DNA from: Gracilinanus agilis
Taxonomy: Eukaryota
Reading direction: 5' to 3'
NCBI RefSeq assembly: GCF_016433145.1
Contig: NC_058130.1
Span: 278,318,566 to 278,382,565, forward strand
DNA: 64,000 bases
Shown one piece after another: positions 36,711 through 51,071 of this stretch. A program made the position numbers and the translations under genes. A model generated the notes under the pieces. It saw only the letters and a program-made list of their open reading frames with translations, was not told the origin of the DNA and did no database searches. How positions within the stretch are numbered: the first letter of the stretch is position 1; every line of letters begins with the position of its first letter.

Positions 36711-39589
36711 AAATTTTGCCCTTTATTCTTCAAATTTCATTTTGAGGCTGTTGGTAAGTTTCCTAAAAACTGCATTCTGCTGGAATCTTAAGAGATCAAT
36801 TCTTTTATGGCTAAGAGCCTATTATTCTAATATTGTAAGACATGGGCCAGAAAGCTAAATTTTATTCTCTAGCACTATCTATACAATCATCAGGACATTT
36901 TTATTATCTTTCTTTGCTATCAAAATTTTGACTTCTAGCTTAAAGAAATGATGAAAATAAAACATGTTCCCCTGAGATTTTCAGTTTCCTATTCCATATT
37001 TTAAATTCAGTAAAGATATATTATATATTCTAGGTTTTTGCTGCCAGTATTATTAATTCCCTCCTTAAATCATCAAAAGTGGGTTGCAACTAGTTGGATT
37101 AACCAATTTTGATAGGGTGTTATATTGTGAATACAAGTCCAGTAAGAGTTGAGGTAGGCTTATTGATAGAAAAAGAAGTCCATGACCTTTAACTAAGATA
37201 GTGTAGATGAAATCCTGGGCCCAAAAGAGTTGGAGATTATCAAATGGGGAGCTTATGATGGTAATTATATGATCATTATTCACTTAGTGTTCTACTTCCT
37301 GTTGTATGATCTTAGATGAAAAGAAAATTCATGCCAGCCTGTATTGAAATATTGCATAGCCATGACAGTAGTGGGGCTTTCACAAGAAAAAAAAAATTGG
37401 TACAGATTTTCCTGGGGATAGAATGGTGGTGGCTGACCACATGGCATGAACTACCTAAATGCTATTAAAATTGGAACATAATTTTTCAATCTAAGAAGCA
37501 GTATTTGAAAGCCATAGCTAGATTAATGATGTTTTAGGAAGGGATGTATACAATGGTCCATAAATGAACCCTTCTTAACTATGTAAGTTGGTTTTTATTT
37601 TACCTTCTTTCCCTTAGTTGATAATAAAATCTTTTTGAAAAACCAAAACTATCTCTTGGGAGAAATAAATGAAAAAAGTAGATATTCACATGGACGGTGA
37701 GGGAATAGGTGGAAGAAGAAGGGAGAGGAAAAAGAGCCATCATTCTCATAATCCAGTGGTGATTGACATTAAGGATTATGTATGGCAGAGAAGCAAAACA
37801 GAAAAAAGGAAGAAATGCTGTTGGTGAGTCTGGTTGTGGAAGATCTTTTTTCCTGTCTGAATCTAGTTTTATAAAAATTGTTTGATTGACTTGATTTCTT
37901 CATGTTTTGAAAAAAATTACAGCATTTTCTTTTAAATTATGGGTTGCAATTACTCTCCTTACCTTTAGCCCCTCCCTGACCTATTGAGAAAACAGGCAAT
38001 ATTGTCACCCATTATACATGTCTTCATCATTTTGGATTTGAATTTTATCCTATAATTTAAGAGAACTTTTAGTTTTCTCTTTGGGACCTCAAAATTTATC
38101 AAAAACTTTCTTTTCAGAAATGTGTATGAATGAAAAGGAATTTAGGAAGCATATACTATGTACAAAGCACAATGCTAAGTAAAAAGACTAGAAAAAGAAA
38201 AACAGAGCCAATTCTTGCTCCCAAGAAGTTCACAATTCTAGTGGAGGAGACAAAACAAAGGAGACCTCAGTTTCAAGTTAGATGAAGAGTCTATCTATGG
38301 CCCATAGGGTCCAGTGGCAAAGCAAATGGTAATCCACTTTTTTCATATTATGTATTTAGTATGTAATGTATTTAATGTTGTTTTCATGAATAATATCTGC
38401 TTCTGATTTCCAGCCATTAGATAATGCCAAGGACCTTTGTGTATAAACATTTCTTTTCTTGGAAAAAGAAAAACATTCAAAATGTGTAATAAAAGTAAAG
38501 ATAGCTAAAATAATTATTTCCTGTCAACAAATAAAGAGCTTTTGTTTGTTTCACAAATTTTTTAAAAAGTAGATTCTATGTTAGAAAATCAACTTCCAAC
38601 AGAAAATCTTTTTCTTTCATGGTCTGTCCAGATTTTACTTGATACAATTGTCATCATGTATTTTCAAAAATGTTCATAAAAATTAAGAAAGAATGTAATG
38701 TATGAGAAGTTGCACACATACAAAATCTTTAATATAGACTTTTCATAAATCCCTCATATAAAATAATTTCACGTAAAGGTCATCTTAAGTTATATTCAAC
38801 TACATGTTCTATTTCATAAACCAGTTAGTTGTAAGCACTCCATTTTGCAAAAGCAGAACATAATTCTGCGAGATATTTCTTTAATAATAAAAAAGGTTGC
38901 CTTGCTAAATCAGCCTTCATTGTAATTGCTATACTTGAAAATGCTAACATTCTTTACCTATCCAGGCTTGCACATTATTATAACTGTCATTATCATTCTG
39001 GCCTTAAGAAAAACTTTTAGACTTTGCAGCTCTCAGACATGGCCTATCCTAGTCTTCTATGACTTCTATTGTGTGATTTGAATGGTGTCAACAAATTCAT
39101 CCCAATTCCCAAAATAATGATATGACTATTTCCGATTTCCATGGAAGATTTTTAAATAAATTTTATTCATAATAAATAAGACATAAATAGCAATTATCAA
39201 AATTAAAGCTTGATCTTACATAACCAACTCCACAGTAAATGTTTTCTATTATATCAAGATGGCTAAAATTCTAGTATTAGTGATTTACTTCTTTATATTA
39301 AGCATTCCATTAATCCAATTCCCAACTTTTAAAATATAAATATTTCCAAGGCTAGGAAGATATTAATTCCTTAAGATTGTATTTAATTAGTTTGTAAAAT
39401 AATTTTCTTATTTAATTTGCCTTTTTCCTTATTTGTAAAATGCAGAGAATGATACTTGTCAACCAAAGAGTTAAAAAAATCAAATAAACAGCATATTTTA
39501 AGGTAACATTGCATAGAGATTATGGAAGATGAGGTCTACAAAAAGGCCAGTAGAATTGGCCATCAGGAGGTCAATAGAGGTCTTTGATA

Positions 39590-39780
39590 ATCAATAATAA
39601 AGCATTTAAGTTCCTACTATGTGCCAGGCACTGCGTAAAAAACTAGAGAGAGAAAGAAAGGCAATGATTACTTCTTGTCCACAAAGAGCACAAAATCTAA
39701 TGGAAGGTAGTGAAGGAAACACTCAAAAAGCTCAAAAGGGAGTGGGGAGATGGAAAATATTTAGTTCACAAGGTGCGTAA
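39590..39780 (-). mobile_element. L2 3'-end fragment
   Basis: AAGCATTTAAGTTCCTACTATGTGCCAGGCACTG...AAAGAGCACAAAATCTAATGG. Confidence 0.6.
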
Positions 39781-40189
39781 TGAAGTCTTGTGATGGTGAG
39801 AAATGATGAGCTGGCCACCTTGAGTGTCTCTCTTAAATAGAGAATCTGGAAAGACCTCTCCGATGTCCAGCCTCTTCAAACAGTCCTTGGGTGTGGAAAC
39901 AGCACATAATACCAATGTTTTTCAATGTATCATATGCCTTTGCTGCATTTTTTCTCTCTTCCTCTGTTAAAAATCATAATGAAAGATGGAAGGGGGAATA
40001 GGAGGGATACTAGGTACCATTTAGATAATGCAACAATAGACTGACAAAAATCTATTTAAAAACTACTCTTTAAATCCAGACAGTTTAGAGTCTATCTATT
40101 ATTACTATATTATATAATCATTTGACTTTAACATCTTTCCATGAGAATAGTATGGTGATTTAAAAAAATTTGCTAAAATTTAGGTAAAG

Positions 40190-40394
40190 GGGGGCATCTG
40201 GGTGACTTAGTGGATTGAGAGCCAGGCCTAAAGATGGGAGGTCCTGGGTTCAAATTTGGCCTCAGACACTGCCTACTTGTGTGACCCTGGGAAAGTCACT
40301 TAACCCCCATTGCCGAGCTCTTACCACTCTTCTGCCTTAGAACCAATACACAATATTGATTCTAAGATGGAAGGTAAGGGTTTAAAAAAATAAA
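40190..40394 (+). mobile_element. SINE1_Mdo-type SINE, full length
   Basis: 16-bp TSD TAAAATTTAGG(T/C)AAAG at 40174-40189 and 40395-40410; A and B boxes present. Confidence 0.95.
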
Positions 40395-43300
40395 TAAAAT
40401 TTAGGCAAAGTATTTTTACAGAATCCTTTTCAGCAATAAGATATTGTCAACATAAATGACATAGCCAAGAATTATACAGGATGAGAAGGCATTCATCTAA
40501 GAGGATTGAAGATCCACTGTATTGACACATTTTGTAGCATATAGTTTTCTCTGTATGTAGTTTTCTGGAAGAGATCTCATGTAAGAACATCACTTCCATT
40601 TATGGGTTGCCTACTTCAATACCAACATAATGTCTACATAATGAAGAGAAAGACTTATAGTATGAAATTCTAGAAACTTTTTCTTTGAGATAGAGATATT
40701 AATTCCGATCATTTTATGACTTAATAAAATCTGTGAGAATGAATAGGATCAAGTCTATAAGGCAGTTGATCTCTTAAATTTTCACTACACAAATATATCA
40801 CTGAAAGGAAATATGTAACTCTGACTGAATATAATGTAACTATTAAAGAGCAGCCATGAAGTAGCCTGGTTCACCTGACAGAAACTCTTAATAATTTGTT
40901 TCTCCCTCAGAGTTCCACTTTCCAAGGACTTTTAAAAAACTTTCCTCAGATGAATCAGTCACCCATCTAAATACAAGTTAATGGAATTTTACCCAGTCAA
41001 CAGCATAGTCATATTTTAATTCCACAATCAATAAGTGATCTAAGTTTTAAAATAAAATATAACCATACCAAAAACAGTTTCACAAAAATATCACTTGAGT
41101 AGTTAAGATTTGCCTAAATTTTATAGCCACTATAAATTATCCTACTCAGGATGTGTGTTTTCAAGCCACTAATCTATATTTCAGTCTTTTGTCAGTAAGT
41201 ATTCTCTATTAATGGCAATCCTCTTCAAGTACACAGATGACATTGTACTAATTGCACTGAGAGCATTGAGAAAATACAGCCTCTTTAGTGAAATATATAG
41301 TAATAAAAAAGCGAGTAGCCTAGGCATCTAAAATAAAGAAAGCAAATAAAAATACATACTGCTTATATAAATATGCATTGCATATATATGTAAACTCATA
41401 AATATGTCATTATTTAATTCATATTTTGCATTTATGAATATTGTCACTCACAGATAACAAATATCTACTGATACTAAACTTAGCTTACATGAAAAATAAC
41501 TCATTCATATAGTGCTTTAGAAAAGCCCTCTTACACACATTTGATATTTTAATATTTCAAAAGACTACGATGAAATCAATATGGATTTTCCCTCTAACCA
41601 TGTAGTTCACGACCTATCTATATTGTAGTATGGGAACTCAGTGAAACAGACTCCCTTTTATCAAACTGACTCAATTTTGAGACTCAAGTTGCATTTTCTT
41701 CTCTTCCCCTTCCAACTACAGGAATTGAGTGTCATTCTGTTTCAAGTCAGAGAAAGTCCCCAAACTTACTCTCCTCCTTTCAATTCTAAAAGTCCCTAAT
41801 ATTTTGTGCATTAGGAAATCAGATTAACCAATTTTTACATCATGATTTATATTCTGTTTATTGTTTTCATATAATATAAAAAATGTGTAGAATTGTTTTT
41901 CAGTGTCTAGACCCTGTTAAAGGGGTCTGATCTCAATTTGTTGTACAACTGCATACTTTACCAATAAATTGATATACTTGGAGGCTTGGAATTTTGTTAT
42001 CTCAGTTTTATAATAAATTATTCACATCAGTATTATATGGTCAGATGTCATCTCCCTCAAAAAGAAAAACCAACCTATTCCTGAGATTGGTTCTTAGGTG
42101 TCACAAAATGTAGCTAAGTCCTCACTTGAACCCTTTCTAGGTCATTATGACCTACAGGAACTTGTGGTTTTCTGGCTTAAACTTCAAGAACCCCAGGTTA
42201 CTCCTGTACCATGATCAGGTGGTAGAAGAAGACTCCAGTGAAGTATCTTATTCTTCATACCCATCTTATGTTTGAGAATTTAGCCCCTTTTTGACTCACT
42301 TGAAAGATAGGTAGCAAACTTCTGCTTTGTATTGTTGTTATTATATGCAAGTCCTCTCCAAAAGCTGGCTTCAAGATGTAACTATGTCAGAAGAACTCAA
42401 GTTACGGCAGACTCTACTATCCTGGTAAGTACAGACCTAGAAACAGACAGTTTCTGCTTTCTGAATTCAACACTACCTAAGTACAGAGAAGTCAATCACT
42501 GGTAGGTTAAGCACTAAAAGAATTCTGGGGTATCAGAATTGACATTCTTCTTGTAAATGAAACCAGAAAACAAACATATTGCATCTATGAAAGAATGACT
42601 CATAAGTTCTTTTTGGAGATATAAGTAAAGGAGTGTGATTTTATTGTACATCCAAAGGCAATAAGAAATGACTTTTCTTAGATCATTTGATCATCTCACA
42701 GTCTAGTACTGTTTATAAAGCATGACATTTGCTATGGACTACCTTTATACATAGGTTGTTCTGGTGTGTGAATAACCAAATACTCTTGGATGGGATACAA
42801 AATATAACAATATAAGATTACTCTTTTTATTTTAAAATATATTGTTATGGTAAGGTTCTGGTATAATTTATGTGTGGTAAAATATTCACTAGTAGAAAAA
42901 CCTGACCAGACATTATAACAGCTTCCTAATATTACTAATTGAGTTCATTGCTACTAAAATTTTTTCCCATCATTTGATTTATGTGTTTAATTTTTCTTTT
43001 AAAATGAATTAATCCCTTTACCTGAAAAATCTACATTTTTTCCTTTGCACTTTTTCATCTTCTTAGGCCACTGTTAGGCAAAGGATTGTTCCCCTTTGTG
43101 TATGCTTAAGACCAAATGACTTACTTGAAGTTTACTTGTTCTGAGTTCTTTCTATATTTGTTCATTTTTCTCAACTCAAAGCAGCTGAAATATTTAAACA
43201 TTTCAACACCATTTTATTTCCCCATAATTTTCTGCTACTCTTCTATCTCCTACCAGAATCCACTAGATCTCCTTTTAGTTCTTCTAAGGATATCTTCTTC

Positions 43301-45223
43301 AAGAATATCACTTCAAGGCCCCATCCAATGTGGAAGAGAAGTTCAAAGCAATGGTGTCAGAATTGATGCTTTGATGGTGGTATTGCCTATGGCTTCTAGG
43401 GAAATAGTGGCTGGCATAGAGCTTGGATATTGGTGGTTTGATTCTTTTCCACTCCAGAGAATAGATATTAGGGATATAATGACATGAGTATTGAAGTACT
43501 AAGAGGAAAGGCAGTTCTAAGCTGTAGGGCCTGAACACAGAGTTTTATTCCAGGGCAGAAAATTTAGAAGGCTATTAGAGTACTGTTCGGATAGCATGAA
43601 CCCTCTCCCTCTATCCTTCCCTCCAACTTCCTTCCTCCTCTCAGAAATAGAGGTGGCCTCAAAGCACTTTCTCTTTTCCTGAAGCTGGGAATTTTAGAAA
43701 TTAATAGTACCATATTTAACTTTCTCTTTAAGTCTCTTCCCATCATACCATCCATCACAGCAGCCAATCTTCTAACACTGAAAAAAACCTTGCAGTATTT
43801 TGAAATGTGTTTTCTTCCCCTTCTTCTCTCCTCTTTGACCCAGGCACAATAATTTCTAGTTATGATTATTGCACTGTGTGGTAAATTACATAGATACTAT
43901 CAGCTGACATTGTGTCCATGTGGAAAAAGCCAACTTCACTCAGGAAACCTACTACAAGAAGGGGGAGTGGGAGGCATCAGGAAATTTGGTGAGATAGAAT
44001 CATAGAACTTTAGAATTAGAATATAACTTAAATTTACCTAGTTAAAACTTGTCATTTTATAGAGGAGAAGACAGATCTAGAAAGATAAATGAACTTCCTA
44101 CAGGTAAGATCACAAAACTAATAGCACAGCAAGGAATCTTAAACATAGGACACTTATAAGTGCACATGAATAATACATAATTAATTAACAGCTTATATAA
44201 TTTACAGGGAGACCAATATTCAAGCCTCACCAGAACATAAAGCCATTTAAAAAACTTCTTATTCAATATTTCACATTTATTCTCCAAACCCAATACTGTT
44301 ACATGTCTTTTGGTAAAATAGCTAGACTTGGGCCATCATCTTGTTTGTACTCATCCTTGCCAAAGCAGAAGTATTCTCTTAGCTCCAACTGCACAGGACT
44401 CAAAGTCTGCATTTTTTGAATTTACAGTGTTGTCTTTAATCCTTTAAGCTTCAATTTTGGATAAATACTCTGTTTTACCTAAGACCAGAAAAGAGAAAAA
44501 AAACTACAAAAGGATCAAAGCACACCAGTGATTCAGGTACATAGTTGGCTAGTTATAGCACCTCTGGTATTTGTGTGAGATACTACCCTAACACAACCTT
44601 TGCTGAAGTCAATAATAATGATATTATCTAGAGAAGTACAGCTAAGAGTGCCAGTCAAAACTTGTCTCCTGTTAAAAGTCTTCACCACAACCCCACAATC
44701 CCTTCCAACCTTGCTTTTGCCATGAGGTGAAGGGATGTTGAAGGGTTTGCCACACCTTACCAAAACACCAAGTCCTTTCTGTGATATCACCATAGACCTA
44801 GGAACATATAAAGAATTTATAATCTTTGAAAAATGCATATAAACACATATGATTGGTCAGAAGTAGGAAGGGTTTATCTATGCATGATGCATGGTGAGAG
44901 CAGGAAAGGATGGTCTTTGCTCCAACTATAAGGACTCATGTTCCAGGGCAATGGAAGATTCATCAAAAAGAGAATTACTTAATGGTCTTTTTAAAAGGAA
45001 AGAAAGTTTGTATGATAGCCAAGAGGCTTGGGTACTTTGTTCTTTTTTCTGTTGGTTAGCTCAAAATAGGTGCTATGTTTGATGTCTTGTTTGACTGATG
45101 CTTTCAGGGTCCTATGTTTTGGGGAAAAAAGAAACCTGAAAATAATGTTCCCAGTTTTTGTCCTAGGTGGTGCCATGAACAAGTTAAATTATGTGGGAAT
45201 CAGTGCTTGTGTATATATGTGTG

Positions 45224-45226
<3 letters not shown>

Positions 45227-45264
<38 letters not shown>
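45227..45264. repeat. (TG)19 microsatellite
   Basis: Direct reading of the sequence. Confidence 0.97.
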
Positions 45265-45267
<3 letters not shown>

Positions 45268-45878
45268 TTGTGCCAATGGGAGAGAGGAAAGAGAGATCAC
45301 GCTTAGGTGATGAAATCATGAGATTTTTATCTGAGTAATGAGATATTAAAGTTAATACTATGAAACACATTATTATTTCTTTCTTAGGTATGAACTTCTT
45401 TGACTGATTCAAAAGGGAAGATAATGTCATTGGATGAACAATAATAGTTCCTGTTTGTGGGGGTAAATAGGTGATCAAAAGATGGTCGAAGTCAGCATTG
45501 GCAAAGGTTTTCAAGTTCCCGTGCCCAAAATGCAACTTCAAGCTGCAAGAGTCCCTCAAATTACTCCAGAGAGTGGGAGGAGGAATTGCTTGCTTTGGGT
45601 GGCTGGACAGAGGAGCAAGGCATGCAAAAAATGGCCTTGGTGCTGGGAAGAGGGGAAATGAAGCAGCTTCCCCTTGTGCTGGCTGGGCATTCATGCTAAT
45701 ACTTTGCCAACACTTGTCTAGGTCAAAATGGGGGGAGGGTGTCACTTTTATAATTCATGTTTCAAGAGAAGCTGAGGCTAGAATCTCTTTGGTTTGGGGT
45801 TTTGGTGAGGCAGTGACTTATTTGATTGAGTATCCACATTAAGTTTGTCATCATTAAGACAAAATCCTAGAGTGAGAT

Positions 45879-45885
<7 letters not shown>

Positions 45886-45935
<50 letters not shown>
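45886..45935. repeat. (TG)25 microsatellite
   Basis: Direct reading of the sequence. Confidence 0.97.
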
Positions 45936-45938
<3 letters not shown>

Positions 45939-47629
45939 TCCATGTTGCTTAGGGAGAAGTGAACCACCTTAGGTTGGAAGTGGAGCCCATCAAAGCTTCT
46001 GTGCCATTCATTTCCAGACTGGTCACTATAGAAATTAGACTGTCTTTTTTTTTTTTTTTTTAAATCTAGTCATTTTGAGTCTGTTGAAGGCAGAATCCAG
46101 TAGTTAGAAAAACCTAAACTTTTGGTAAGGAGAGAGGAGGAGGAAATTTTCTCACTTTACCCCCAAACTGGCCATTGTTTCTACTAACAGAGCTACTTAC
46201 AACACCCCAAATAGCACTTGGAGAAGCAGTTTGGGAGAATTTAGGCTGCATTGTAAGTAAAATTTACAAAAAAAAAATAGACTGAAGCAAGATCTCTGAG
46301 TAAGCTAACGTTTACTAACAGTAAAAACTGTTAAAAACAGCTGTCAAAAGATCAGTGGCTTGCCTCACTTTATGGTAAAGACCCAGAAATGAAGATGTAA
46401 CTTATTTTTTATAAGTATAGGACAAAGAACAGAACAAAAATCATATCTTTGCTTATGGAGCTGGCAACATCATTGTATTAAAGAAAGTGAGCATAGTACA
46501 CATGTAGGATGAAGGCCACTTTTCACTCTTTCTAAAGAATTTTTTATGAATTTATGGGTCCTAGCTACATCCCAAGGATAGGACCCAGGGATATACACTT
46601 ACTGGTATCTGGGAGTTAAACAAAAACTACCTTTTTAATTGGAAAGGATGAGGCTAAAAAATGGAACAAGGTCAGTAGTCTGCTTCTCAAGGATAATGCA
46701 AAAATGATTCAGAAACTGAAGGTATGTATGCAGGATAACAACAAACTTTGCACATGGTGCTGAGATAACAGAAATTTTTCTTTAACTTACAGTGGTTATA
46801 GGAGAGCTTAAATCTTTGCATTTAACTTCAGAGAGGGAGACTGAACTTTTGAACTCACGACAAAGAAAAGGCTTAAGTTTGTATCATAGAATACAGAATA
46901 TTGTTACAGAATAACAGAATAAAATCACTTACAGAGTAAAATGAAATATAAAATATGGGATCAATAGCTAATTCTCACAGCTGGAATCCAGCAGTGGAGC
47001 AAGAACCTTGCTACTGAGAGAGAATCAGGTAGATTTGTCTCTTGTGTCCATAGCTATCTGTCTTTATTCTTTCTGCTAGTATTAAAGCTGCTTAGCAGTC
47101 TCTGTAGTCTGTCTGTTTAGGAAATGTCTCTGTTCCATCAAAGTCTCTCAAAGTGATTCTCTAACTGCTGGATGGAGAATATCTCCCAAAGCAAAGTGTA
47201 GTTCCACTACTAGATACCATGGGCAATGGGAGGGGAGGGGCTCCAAACAATTGCTTCTCAGGACATGTTATTTCTTCAATGTTGGCATATGCCTTCTAAA
47301 CTGAGCTGATTGTAACTCTTAAGGGTCACTTCGTGGACATGGATAATCATTGTTTATCCACTTCCTTCTGATTCATTCTGAAAAAAGTTATTAATATTTC
47401 ATAAAGAGATAACAATGTGATTACATTTTGGGGTTTATCAACCAAGTCGGGGAGGAGGATAGAACTAAATTCTTTATTCCTTTCAAGGAGAAATAAAATA
47501 TAACAATGTAAGGACAAATAAAGTAGATGATCCCGTTGACTCTTTTGAAAACAATGTGTTGCCTTTGGTCAAGAGATACTGGAAGTTTTAACTTTTTTTT
47601 TTCTTAAACTATAAACATATTTGGTTACA

Positions 47630-48100
47630 AACAAGATGTAGAAAAAGTTTGAAAGATTCATATGAAGTGATGCAAAGTGAAGTAAGCAAAATGTTGAACA
47701 GAGTAACAATAATAATGTATGATGATCAATTTTGAATGACAACTATTATCAACAAGACAATTATTCAGGACAATCCCAAGAGACTCAAGATGAAAAAAAG
47801 GAATATTCCCTGACAGAAGGAAAAGATAATCTGAATGTAAATTGAATGCCAAATGCCAAAGACCAGGAAAAGAAAATGTAACTTATTTTATAAGTATAAA
47901 ACAAAGAATGGAACAAAAATCATATTTTTGGTTATGGAACTAGCAACATCATGGGATTAATTGTATTTCCTTCATAAATTTTTCTCTAATGTAAACAATA
48001 TGTATCTTCTTTCACAATATGATGAACATGGCAATATGTATTAGATCATCATATATGTACAACCTATATTATATTACCTACCTTTTTGGGGAGAGTGGAT
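47630..48100 (+). mobile_element. L1 3' end / 3'UTR fragment, split by a ~100 bp insert at 47860-47960
   Basis: GAAGTGATGCAAAGTGAAGTAAGCA...GGACAATCCCAAGAGACTCAAGATGAAAA, then ACAATATGATGAACATGGCAATATG...ATGTACAACCTATA. Confidence 0.8.
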
Positions 48101-49899
48101 ATTTTCTCATTCCAATAACAAATCCTATCAGCTACTTGGGAAATATTTTCCTCTTTCCTCCCCATTTTCCCCTTAGCTGATTTTACCTAGCCCTCTCTCT
48201 CCAGAGGAAAGTTTTACTTACCTATTTCAAATTGCCTTATAATGTTGCTGATTGGCTCTGTATTCTAAGAAGACATGAAAAATTTTGAAAACCAAATTTG
48301 AACCCTAGGGAAGCTCACAATGCTTACCAGACTGAGCAGTAATTAATATGATAATCTTTTTTTCTTTTCATTTTAGTTACTCAAGTTATTTAACCCTCCA
48401 GTCATTGGATCCAGCTGAATCATGAGATTGTCCTTGGACTTTGGAGGAATGAATGTTGAGAAAGTTCCTAGCACTTTATATGCATTTAAGATAAACTTAG
48501 AAGGATTGGGAAGCATTTGTTTTCTTTGTGATAAAAGGCAACAATCACTTATTGGATTTTAAGTTAGTACTTCAGAGTAAAGTCTAATAGGTGCTCATTA
48601 ACTCCAGTTGTTAGTATTTTGACTCCTTTTTTGTGTTAGAAACTCAAAATTCTTTTTGGAGTACTTAAGGTAGCCATTTTCCAAAACATTCATTTAACCT
48701 AGATCAAGATTTACAATATTCTACTTTCTGCCCATTTCTTGGGAAAAAATCCCAACTTTCATATGAATGCTAATGTAGCTGTTGCTTATTTTATGATTGT
48801 TTCCAGTATATGAAAAAATATCCAATTTAGTGCCAGACATTAATCATCCCTTAAGTCATTTATATTTGAACATTAAAGTTGTACATCTTAAGAACATTTA
48901 TCATGATTACAGTGAAACATAGCCAAAAACTTTGGCAACAATATGATCAAGGGCTTTTTTTTCTATAATATTGAGGATCAAAGTTCTAATATATATCTTT
49001 AGAAAGTCCTAGGCTCTGTAAGCACTCTACCTAATGAACAATTCTCCTAAAATATTATACTATAGATGTTTTAAAAAATATTAGTTTGACTTGATACTTT
49101 AGGATGTAATCAAAGAAGGAACATGCAAAGATTAAACTTTATTGCAAAATCTTCCTGTTTCCCCACTATTACAGAGAAAATAGAAAAAAAAACCACAGAT
49201 ATTTTATGGTTGTGGCAAAACAAATAAAGGTATCAGCTACAATTTGACTTGTTAAATAATATAATTTATTAACAATATATTGACCCTCTCACATGATGAG
49301 GAAATCAAACCTGAGAAATAATTTACTACTGTGGCAATGGTCCAAATACTAAATGATAACTAAGACCTTTTTATGTTGAAAAAAAGAAAATAGAGGGTCA
49401 AGTGAGGGCAAGTAGATGAATAGTAATGCTTTAGAAGATCTCTATGGCTGCTGTGAACTGCTTAGGATTCCTTTAGGAGTATAAGCTTCAGACATCATTC
49501 CTGGATCTGGGAAGACTGAAAATTTAAACAACGTCCATATTCTTACATATTTGGGTCCTCAGATATCAGGCCAAGTACCAAAAGAATGAAAGCCTCAGAT
49601 ATTACATCTGATACATATCCAAAAATGAGAATTTATTTTTCATATACTAAGTTAATTGCTATTTTAGGGTCATAGATTAGAGTGAATTTCTGAGTGTTCC
49701 TGTTTCTATGTTCTGTGACAGATGGAGTCATCCAGCCTAGGTGACCGGTATCACCTAGTCATGCTGGTGAACCTATGGCACACATGCCAGTGGGGGTTGC
49801 TCTCCTCCCCATTTTCACACATAACTGAGGATATTTCTCACTTCACCCACCCTATTGCTCAGCAGCCCAATGGGAGCACTTACTCCTTCCCCTGTCTGG

Positions 49900-50210
49900 G
49901 GTAAGGTAGGGGACTCACATGTAGTGTGAGGGGTTGTAATTTTGACACTTGCTTTCTAAAAGGTTTGCCATCACTGACCTAGGTGCAGGGAAGGGTGAGA
50001 TTTTGATGGATATTAGCTACTTACCAATTAGAGATGACTTGGAATGTTCAAGGGAGGGGCTTGCCAATGAACTTCTAAAACGTTATAGAACTGACTGGTG
50101 GAGTTTTGGGGTCTTTCATTATTTGTTTATTGGTTATATTGTTAGCTTAATCAATAAATTGATATTCTTACCCAAAACCAGTCTCTTGAAATAACTTTGA
50201 TTTTAACACA
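49900..50210 (+). mobile_element. LTR or LTR fragment
   Basis: Ends with AATAAATTGATATTCTTACCCAAAACCAGTCTC...TTTTAACACA; the left boundary is uncertain and may extend to ~49710. Confidence 0.55.
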
Positions 50211-50399
50211 AGTATGTGTTCCATAGTTTTCTTCTGTATCTATCTGTATCTATCATCTTGAATGTAGCTATAGATCTGGTGCCATTGTATGAGTCAAGTT
50301 TCTGGACACTCAGACACAAAGTTCCTATCACAGTTCCAAGGCTATTTCTTTAGTATTTGGAAAAGGAATAAGTATAACAGTTCACTATCACATAAAAGG

Positions 50400-51060
50400 T
50401 ACTTTTGTAAAAATGGAAATCCCAACCAATTGGTATTTCTCTAGTACTATTGCTGGAAAATACCTCTTCCTTATGATTCAGCTATTACTTGCTGAAATTA
50501 AACCTCTTTTCTTCTGCCACTCCCCCCTGTTTGCTCTTTCCCAACCTATTCAACTCTGTAATTCTCTAGACCATTTTCTTGCTTTCTATTGTGCCCAGTA
50601 GTACTTTTGTTCCATCATCTATATTATTATTATATTCTGATATTATCTTATTATCTTCTACCATTCTCCTTTTCACTCTTTTTCTTTCTTGGCCGATTCA
50701 CAGAAATCTGCTTTTCCCTGGAACAATTTGTGTCTCTAGAAACTCTTAGTGAGAGTTACTTCTTCTTAAATGTGCCCCAATCACACTGCTTCTAGAATCT
50801 CTAATTTCTAACCCATCTTTTACACAATGGTCAAAATAATTTAACTAAAGCATAGGTTTGTCTATGTCACTGATTCAAAAACCTTTAGTAGCTCCTATTG
50901 TCATTAAGATAAAATATAAAATTCTTGAACTTAATGTCCTCCAGCAGGATTTCTTTCCATCCTAATTACAAATTGTCCCAGTCAAATTGTAACATGAACT
51001 ATTCCTAAACTTAATATTTCATCTTAAGACTCTGCATTTTTCACAAGTTATCTGCCCTTC
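50400..51060 (+). mobile_element. L2 fragment
   Basis: TTCTTCTTAAATGTGCCCCAATC...CAATGGTCAAAATAAT...AAACCTTTAGTAGCTCCTATTG..TAAGATAAAATATAAA. Confidence 0.6.
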
Positions 51061-51071
51061 CCTGCCCTGCC

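Noticed and set aside
42141-42275. VIMTYRNLWFSGLNFKNPRLLL..., faintly KRAB-like
   Set aside because: No VTFxDVAV/FTxEEW core upstream, stops in frame, and no C2H2 array nearby.
45200-45745. 181-aa minus-strand ORF, the longest outside retroelements
   Set aside because: It runs through the (CA)n repeat (THTHTH) and has no recognisable domain; kept only as part of the low-interest island finding.
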